This document shows positions 58,283 to 64,000 of a DNA stretch of 64,000 nucleotides, piece after piece. This DNA is from Desulfuromonadales bacterium (GTDB lineage: Bacteria; Desulfobacterota; Desulfuromonadia; Desulfuromonadales; SZUA-540), in contig JAWSUS010000019.1 of assembly GCA_033549025.1 (NCBI GenBank), positions 1-64,000 on the forward strand, given 5' to 3'. The translations under genes were made by a program, and so were the position numbers. The notes below the pieces were generated by a model. That model made no database searches. It was not told the DNA's origin and saw nothing but the letters and a program-made list of their open reading frames with translations. The first letter of the stretch is position 1. The number at the start of each line of letters is the position of its first letter.

Positions 58283-59255
58283 GGGCTGCCACCTCTGCAT
58301 CAATTAACATCTGCCTGTCCTCCTCCAGATTCCGGCCGTGCACGGTAAGATAGTTGCCGACCATCATGCCGTTCGCTCCGGCCATGAAAATCATCGATTG
58401 CAGGTCGCGCAGGTTCCGTTCGCGACCACCGCACACTCTAATACTTCGATCCGGCAAAATAAAGCGAAACATGGCAATGGCTCGCAGACAGTCCATGGGG
58501 GAGATTGGCGGGCAGTTCTCCAGTGGTGTCCCTGTGACAGGGGAAAGGAAGTTGAGAGGAACAGAATCCACCTCCAGCTCCCGGAGAGTTTCGGCGAGTT
58601 CAAGACGCTGCTCGAGTGATTCACCCAGCCCCAGGATGCCACCGCTGCACACGCGCATCCCGGCGGCCTTGGCCAGCCTGACCGTATTCAAGTCCAGCTC
58701 GTATGAATGCGTCGAACAGATGTGCGGAAAAAAGGAGGGGGCTGTCTCCAGGTTGTGGTGGTACGTCACGCAGCCGGCCGCCGCCAGCGCCTGCGCGGAG
58801 GCATCGTCCAGCAGGCCCAGAGAGGCCGAAGGCTCAACGGTCAACTCCTGACGGATTTTTCGGATCGCTTGCAAAACCGTATCAAGTTCCACCCCGGCGC
58901 TGATGGCTGTGCCGCTGGTCACAATGCCGTAGCAATGGGCACCTGCCTGTTGGGCAGATTGAGCTCCTGAAAAAATTTCCGCCACGGTTTTAAGCGCAAA
59001 AACCGGCGCATCGGTCTGGTAATGGGACGATTGGGCACAAAAAGAGCAGTTTTCCGGGCATCTGCCCGACTTGGCGTTGATAATGGCGCACAGGGAGACT
59101 TTGTCAGCAAAAAACTTCTCTCTGATGCGTTGCGCGCCGGCAAAAAAGTAGCCAAGCTCGGCACCTTCGGCCTTGAGGATGGTCAGAGCTTCGTCTTTGG
59201 CCAGTCTTTCGCCCGAAAGAACCTTCTCGGTTATGTCTAGGGCCTTCTTTAGCAT
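58272..59255 (-). CDS. bioB: Biotin synthase (radical SAM)
   Basis: CPENCSFCAQS, YHHNLET, CSGG..G.GE, VPLNFL, GNYLT; start could be 59300. Confidence 0.97.
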   Translation of the reverse strand: MLKKALDITEKVLSGERLAKDEALTILKAEGAELGYFFAGAQRIREKFFADKVSLCAIINAKSGRCPENCSFCAQSSHYQTDAPVFALKTVAEIFSGAQSAQQAGAHCYGIVTSGTAISAGVELDTVLQAIRKIRQELTVEPSASLGLLDDASAQALAAAGCVTYHHNLETAPSFFPHICSTHSYELDLNTVRLAKAAGMRVCSGGILGLGESLEQRLELAETLRELEVDSVPLNFLSPVTGTPLENCPPISPMDCLRAIAMFRFILPDRSIRVCGGRERNLRDLQSMIFMAGANGMMVGNYLTVHGRNLEEDRQMLIDAEVAAHEL

Positions 59256-59318
59256 GGCGTAAGCCTTTCTTTGGATGTTTTTCAGAGCACCTCCTTGCAT
59301 ACTCGATTTGCAAACTGA

Positions 59319-59350
59319 TTGTCAACCCTGCGACTAGCGAGGGTTGACGT
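59319..59350. promoter_or_regulatory. BirA biotin-repressor operator
   Basis: TTGTCAACC-N14-GGTTGACGT palindrome directly upstream of bioB. Confidence 0.85.
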
Positions 59351-59394
59351 TTTATTGTAATTACCATTTCTGTTCGATCCAGTCTCATATCGTA

Positions 59395-59423
59395 TTGACA
59401 GTGCGGACCCAATAGTGTAGAAC
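59395..59423 (+). promoter_or_regulatory. sigma70-type promoter for the XRE-cupin pair
   Basis: TTGACA-17 bp-TAGAAC. Confidence 0.55.
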
Positions 59424-59456
59424 ATCATTTCATTTTTTATGATTTCAGGGGGAGGC

Positions 59457-60020
59457 ATGGTCAAAAAACTTATCGGAAAAAAGTTAAAAGATACCCGCTT
59501 GAAGAACGATATGACGATTCAGGACCTGGCTGACAGGTCACGGGTTTCGTCCAATATGATCTCAAGAATCGAGCGAGGTCTCACCATCCCCTCCGTCGAG
59601 ATCCTCATGAAACTCGCCAATGCTTTCGGCATGAGCATCAGTTATTTTGTCGAAGAGGCGGAAAAAGGATCGACCCTGGTCTTTACTCCCAAAGGAAAAG
59701 GGGAGCCCATTTTCTTTTTTGAGGACAAGCACCAGATTACCAGCCTTACACAAGGCATCCGTGACCCCAGCTTTACCGTTTTTTACGACACGATCGAAGA
59801 GGGATGCAGCAGCGGTGAGGGCGGAATGGTTCATACCGGAGAAGAGTTCGCCCAAGTCATTGAAGGCTCACTCGAATTTGTTATCGACGGGGACCGCTAT
59901 GTGCTTAAGGAGGGAGATTCTCTGGTATTTAAGGCTTCTCTTCCTCATCGGTGGCGCAACCTTCACCAAGGCACTACCCTGGTCCTGTGGGTGGTCTCTC
60001 CTGCACCGCAGATCGAGTAG
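59457..60020 (+). CDS. XRE-family HTH + cupin transcriptional regulator (copy 1)
   Basis: HTH_XRE (MTIQ.LA..S.VS...ISRIERG), cupin H.GEE...GDS..F....PH.W.N. Confidence 0.93.
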   Translation: MVKKLIGKKLKDTRLKNDMTIQDLADRSRVSSNMISRIERGLTIPSVEILMKLANAFGMSISYFVEEAEKGSTLVFTPKGKGEPIFFFEDKHQITSLTQGIRDPSFTVFYDTIEEGCSSGEGGMVHTGEEFAQVIEGSLEFVIDGDRYVLKEGDSLVFKASLPHRWRNLHQGTTLVLWVVSPAPQIE

Positions 60021-60088
60021 TTGCATCTTCCTCCTTTGGCCAATAGAACGTTTTTATATTGAAGATATGACCACATGATGAGGTCTCC

Positions 60089-60655
60089 ATGAAAATAAAA
60101 AAAATCGTCGGCAAAAAACTCAAGGCAATCCGGTTGAAAAACGACATGACCATCCAGGAACTGGCCGACAGGTCAGCCGTTTCCTCCAACATGATTTCCC
60201 GCATCGAACGCGGCCTGACGATTCCCTCCGTTGAAATCCTGATGAAGCTGGCCGGCGTTTTCAATAAAAGCATCAATTATTTCGTCGAAGAAGTCACCAC
60301 CACGCATGAGGTGGTTTTTTCATCACCCGGCAAGCGGGACAAGACCGTCTACGACGATGAATTCAACATGCACACCGAATCTTTTACCTCCGGCCTGCGC
60401 GATCCCCAGTTTTCATCCTTTTTCTGCACGGTAAAGAAGGGGGGAACGAGTGGCCGCAAAAACATGTATCACCCTGGGGATGAGCTTATTTATGTTCTGG
60501 AAGGAAGCTTGCTGGTTGACATCGCCGGTGACAAATATACCTTGCATGCCGGGGACAGCCTTTCTTTTAAGTCGCATTTGCCTCACCGATGGGATAATAT
60601 TGGCGAAAACGATGCCAAGGTCATCTGGACCCTTTCGCCCTTTACAACGATTTAA
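60089..60655 (+). CDS. XRE-family HTH + cupin transcriptional regulator (copy 2)
   Basis: Same HTH; cupin HPGDE...GDS.SF....PH.W.N. Confidence 0.93.
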   Translation: MKIKKIVGKKLKAIRLKNDMTIQELADRSAVSSNMISRIERGLTIPSVEILMKLAGVFNKSINYFVEEVTTTHEVVFSSPGKRDKTVYDDEFNMHTESFTSGLRDPQFSSFFCTVKKGGTSGRKNMYHPGDELIYVLEGSLLVDIAGDKYTLHAGDSLSFKSHLPHRWDNIGENDAKVIWTLSPFTTI

Positions 60656-60681
60656 ATCTTCTTGCAAGCAGGCTTCATCTC

Positions 60682-61935
60682 ATGAGTTTCTTCGCACGAC
60701 TGTTCAAATCCGACCCCATCGACGCCCTGAAAAAAGCCTTTCAGCAAAAGCAATATGCCGAAGTTCTGTCCCGGTCACAAACCCTGGCCGTGGATGAGCT
60801 GGAACCTGCCATTCGTCAGGAGGTTGAGGAAATTTTGACGGCCGCCGGCGATGCCCTGGCTCGCATCAACCTCGAAGAAGCAGAGGCTTTTTTGCGCGCC
60901 GGCGACAGGGAACGGGCCGCCGACCACTTCGTGTTGGCCTCCACGCAGGCAAAAAGCGAATCGTTGCGGGAAAATATTCAGGAGAGTCTGCAAGCCACGC
61001 GCACTGAAACATCACCAATAACGCAAGCCCCCTCTGGGCTTTCGGGCAGCTGCGCCGGCAGTTGCTGCCCCCCGGGCGGCAGTGTGGGTCCCCTGGATGA
61101 AAGCGCGTTGCCACCCGAGGAAGAGTTTGAACTTGTCCTGGCCGGATACCCCATAGAGTGGGCTGAAAAATATGTGGATCTGGCTCCGGCTTTCTTTGAA
61201 GGGTTTCTTTTTTCCCATCGCGGCGACAGCGATACAGCCCTGACTTTTTTTGAGCAGGTTCCTGTTGATTCCCAAAGTGGTATTTTCTTTTTTGAAAGGG
61301 GATCCACTTACGGTCGTCTAGGCAAGACAGACAAGGCCCTTGCCGATCTGCGTCGATGTCATGAATTAGAACCTGAAAGCCAGATAGTCCTTGAAACTCT
61401 GATTCATCTTGAGAAATCGGCCAAGCAGATAGACCAGGCGGAGAGTCGGCTGCAGGGGCTGCTTGAAAACGGGTATGACCCGGCCTTTTGTCACGGTCAG
61501 CTGGCCGTCATCGATGCCATCAAACAAGATGCGGACGAGGCGCTGGATCATGGCGTCCAGGCGGTTCGGGCCGGCTCAAAAGATCCTGAAGTCATTTTCC
61601 TGACCGCCTCACTGCTGGAAAGCCGTGACAGGCTAGCGGAGGCTGAAACGTTTCTGGGCAAATTGCAGGGTGGCGGCTGTGGTGGCGTGAACATCCCGTT
61701 GGCAGAATTTTGGCTTCGACACCACAAAAATATCGATAAGGCTCTGGAAGCTTTCAAGAAAGCGGCAGCGCACGAACCTCAGAACCTGAGGTGGCCCTTC
61801 CGCATGGCTGAGGCTTATCTGGCCAAGGGCTGGAAAAGGGAAGGGGGGGATATGATAAAAAAACTTCTTCAGTCTGGAAACCTCGATCCCCAACTTGCCC
61901 AAAAGGGTCGGCAGTATTTGGAGGGTGGGGTCTGA
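60682..61935 (+). CDS. Tetratricopeptide-repeat protein with Cys-rich linkers
   Basis: TPR-like helices (FFFERG..Y..LG....A..DL; A..AF..A...EP); SCAGSCC and GGGCGG inserts. Confidence 0.75.
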   Translation: MSFFARLFKSDPIDALKKAFQQKQYAEVLSRSQTLAVDELEPAIRQEVEEILTAAGDALARINLEEAEAFLRAGDRERAADHFVLASTQAKSESLRENIQESLQATRTETSPITQAPSGLSGSCAGSCCPPGGSVGPLDESALPPEEEFELVLAGYPIEWAEKYVDLAPAFFEGFLFSHRGDSDTALTFFEQVPVDSQSGIFFFERGSTYGRLGKTDKALADLRRCHELEPESQIVLETLIHLEKSAKQIDQAESRLQGLLENGYDPAFCHGQLAVIDAIKQDADEALDHGVQAVRAGSKDPEVIFLTASLLESRDRLAEAETFLGKLQGGGCGGVNIPLAEFWLRHHKNIDKALEAFKKAAAHEPQNLRWPFRMAEAYLAKGWKREGGDMIKKLLQSGNLDPQLAQKGRQYLEGGV

Positions 61936-61972
61936 AATTCCGAGAAGTAGTTGAAAATGTTACCTCCTTGGT

Positions 61973-62001
61973 TGACAAGGAATCTTCATCAAGTATATTT
62001 T
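61973..62001 (+). promoter_or_regulatory. sigma70-type promoter for ihfB
   Basis: TTGACA-17 bp-TATATT. Confidence 0.7.
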
Positions 62002-62126
62002 TGACAAAAGGACGGTAGAAAAAGGCCGCCACAATGAATCCACGTACGACATGTCCGTTTTTTCAGGATAAAACAACCACGTGACTGTCGGTTTCGACTG
62101 GCAGATATTGTTATCCGGGAGGCCAC

Positions 62127-62402
62127 ATGAACAAGTCGGAATTGGTGGAAGCACTGGCCGGTGAAAAAAATCTCACCTATAAAAAATCAGAGGAGATCGT
62201 CAATATTATCTTCGACTCCATGGCGCAGGAATTGGCTGATGGAGGAAGAATCGAGATTCGCGGGTTTGGTAGCTTTGTTGTCAAGGACTACAAGGCCTAT
62301 ACCGGGCGCAATCCCAAAACGGGGGAGATCATTCAGGTCAAACCCAAGCGGCTCCCCTTTTTCAAGGTGGGCAAGGAATTGCGCGAACGCGTTGACAAAT
62401 AA
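62127..62402 (+). CDS. ihfB: Integration host factor beta subunit
   Basis: MNKSEL, RIEIRGFGSF, GRNPKTGE, P.FK.GKELRERV. Confidence 0.92.
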   Translation: MNKSELVEALAGEKNLTYKKSEEIVNIIFDSMAQELADGGRIEIRGFGSFVVKDYKAYTGRNPKTGEIIQVKPKRLPFFKVGKELRERVDK

Positions 62403-62418
62403 TTGATCTTCTTCTCTC

Positions 62419-62445
62419 AAGCCGGGTTTTTATACCCGGCTTTTT
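62419..62445 (+). terminator. Intrinsic terminator after ihfB
   Basis: AAGCCGGGT-TTTTAT-ACCCGGCTT-TTT. Confidence 0.8.
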
Positions 62446-62580
62446 CGTACCATTCCACCGCTCCTTTTTTGAAAAGGGGGCGCATTCTGCGATCTTTATC
62501 TTCGAATAAAATCCCCCCACAATTCTGAATTAAGTTGCTGAAACATCAGACATTTTCCTGTGATGGCCGGGACTTTTGCA

Positions 62581-62609
62581 TTGAAAAAGCGGTGCCTATC
62601 AGGTATAGT
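62581..62609 (+). promoter_or_regulatory. sigma70-type promoter for the Na/Pi cotransporter
   Basis: TTGAAA-17 bp-TATAGT. Confidence 0.65.
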
Positions 62610-62661
62610 CAGCCCGTTTTTTCCTGATTGTGTTTCCGGGATCCTTACAGGAGAGTTTTTG

Positions 62662-64000
62662 ATGCTGGATATTCTGCTTAATCAGACACTGATTTTTGGT
62701 CTGTTTGGGGGGCTAGGTCTCTTTCTCTTCGGCATGAAAATCATGTCCGAGGGGTTGCAGAAGGTGGCCGGCGACAAAATGCGAAAAATTCTTTCCGCCC
62801 TGACCGCGAACCGCTTTATCAGCACGCTGGTGGGACTTTCCGTTACGGCTATCATCCAATCCTCTAGTGCCACTACCGTCATGGTGGTGGGATTTGTCAA
62901 CGCCGGTCTGATGTCTCTTTATCAGGCCATCGGCGTTGTTCTCGGTGCCAATATCGGCACCACCATCACCGCGCAGTTGATCGCTTTCAAAATTACCGCC
63001 TATGCCCTGCCGGCCATTGGTGCCGGGGCGGCTCTTAAGCTTTTTTCGCGAAACAGGAAGTGGGTTTATGCCGGCGAGATTCTCCTTGGCTTCGGCATCC
63101 TCTTTTTCGGTCTGGCCACCATGAAAGAAGCTTTTGACCCCGTCAAGACCAGCGTCGAATTCCGCGACATGTTCCTTTTGGTGGGGGATCACTATCTGTT
63201 GGGTGTGCTCATCGGGGCGGTGCTGACGATCATCGTTCAAAGCAGCACGGCTACTTTGGGGATCACCCTCGCTCTCGCGACAAGCGGCATCATCTCTTTT
63301 GAGGCCAGTGTAGTGTTGATTCTGGGCGAAAACATCGGCACCACCATCACCGCCAATCTGGCTGCTATCGGCACCAATCTCGCTGCCCGACGTACGGCTC
63401 TGGCCCACTTTTTATTCAACCTCATCGGCGTCGCCTACATGGTGGCGTTTTTGCCGATTTTTATGAACTTGGTGGACATGATTACCCCGGGTGCGGCCGA
63501 CTTTGTGATCGAAACGCAAAATCAGGCCGCCAATTTCGGTGGTCCCGTGGGAGATAAGCCTTTCATTGCCAGGCATATTGCCAACACCCATACCTTGTTC
63601 AATATCATCAACACCCTGATTTTTCTTCCCATGATCGGTATTCTGGCCAAACTGTCGACCTTGCTGATCAGAGGGAAAGAGGTCGAGATGGAATATCATC
63701 TCAAATACATAGATAACCGGGTCCTGAACACGCCCCCCATCGCCCTCGGACAAGCCCGGGCCGAAACCAGGCGCATGGCCCAGCTGACGCTGGAAATGCT
63801 GGAAGGGACCGTTGAGTTTTTAGTCGACAATAACGACAAGAGAGTCCCGGCCCTTGAAAAAAAGGAAGAGGCCGTCGATCTGCTGCAACGGGAAATCACC
63901 GATTTTCTTGTCGCTCTGTCACAACAGTCGATCTCTCAGGACAGCTCTAAAGACATTGCCTCGCTGATGCATATGGTCAATGATCTGGAAAGGGTGGGAG
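62662..64000 (+). CDS. Na+/phosphate cotransporter (NptA/YjbB family, C-terminal PhoU-like domain); partial, runs off the window
   Basis: Absent from the ORF track. Translated by hand: MLDILLNQTLIFGLFGGLGLFLFGMKIMSEGLQKVAG..., QSSSAT, GANIGTT, repeated QSSTAT/GENIGTT, IANTHTLFN, DLERVG. Confidence 0.93.
   Translation, partial: MLDILLNQTLIFGLFGGLGLFLFGMKIMSEGLQKVAGDKMRKILSALTANRFISTLVGLSVTAIIQSSSATTVMVVGFVNAGLMSLYQAIGVVLGANIGTTITAQLIAFKITAYALPAIGAGAALKLFSRNRKWVYAGEILLGFGILFFGLATMKEAFDPVKTSVEFRDMFLLVGDHYLLGVLIGAVLTIIVQSSTATLGITLALATSGIISFEASVVLILGENIGTTITANLAAIGTNLAARRTALAHFLFNLIGVAYMVAFLPIFMNLVDMITPGAADFVIETQNQAANFGGPVGDKPFIARHIANTHTLFNIINTLIFLPMIGILAKLSTLLIRGKEVEMEYHLKYIDNRVLNTPPIALGQARAETRRMAQLTLEMLEGTVEFLVDNNDKRVPALEKKEEAVDLLQREITDFLVALSQQSISQDSSKDIASLMHMVNDLERVG

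Overview
This is a gene-dense core-chromosome segment of a bacterium. Gene order, the TTGTCAACC-N14-GGTTGAC BirA site and the AddAB type suggest a Desulfuromonadales-like deltaproteobacterium (inference). Most genes are housekeeping and on the + strand: rplM-rpsI, argC, yceD-rpmF-plsX-fabH-fabD-fabG-acpP-fabF-rpiB-glyA-dCMP deaminase-nrdR-ribD-ribE-ribBA-ribH-nusB-hom, tRNA-Val, thrS-infC-rpmI-rplT-pheST-ihfA-merR, surE-pcm-yqaA-nlpD-rpoS-apt, tRNA-Arg, addBA, prc and ihfB. The bioBDA operon is on the - strand. I found no transposase, integrase, prophage or CRISPR array. The most unusual items are: (1) a 481-aa RelA/SpoT homologue with an intact hydrolase, a dismantled synthetase, a TGS domain and no ZFD/ACT; (2) a tlyA-methyltransferase-Mre11-Rad50-HIT operon whose Rad50-like ATPase has a transmembrane hairpin instead of a zinc hook; (3) an orphan DnaA-box cluster between mazG and fxsA; (4) an unannotated 54-aa ORF; (5) a Phe-rich ORF crossing two terminators before pheS; (6) a truncated pseudo-hydrolase with a sigma54-type promoter; (7) tandem XRE-cupin regulators with identical recognition helices. 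All calls come from motif recognition by eye; no database searches were run.
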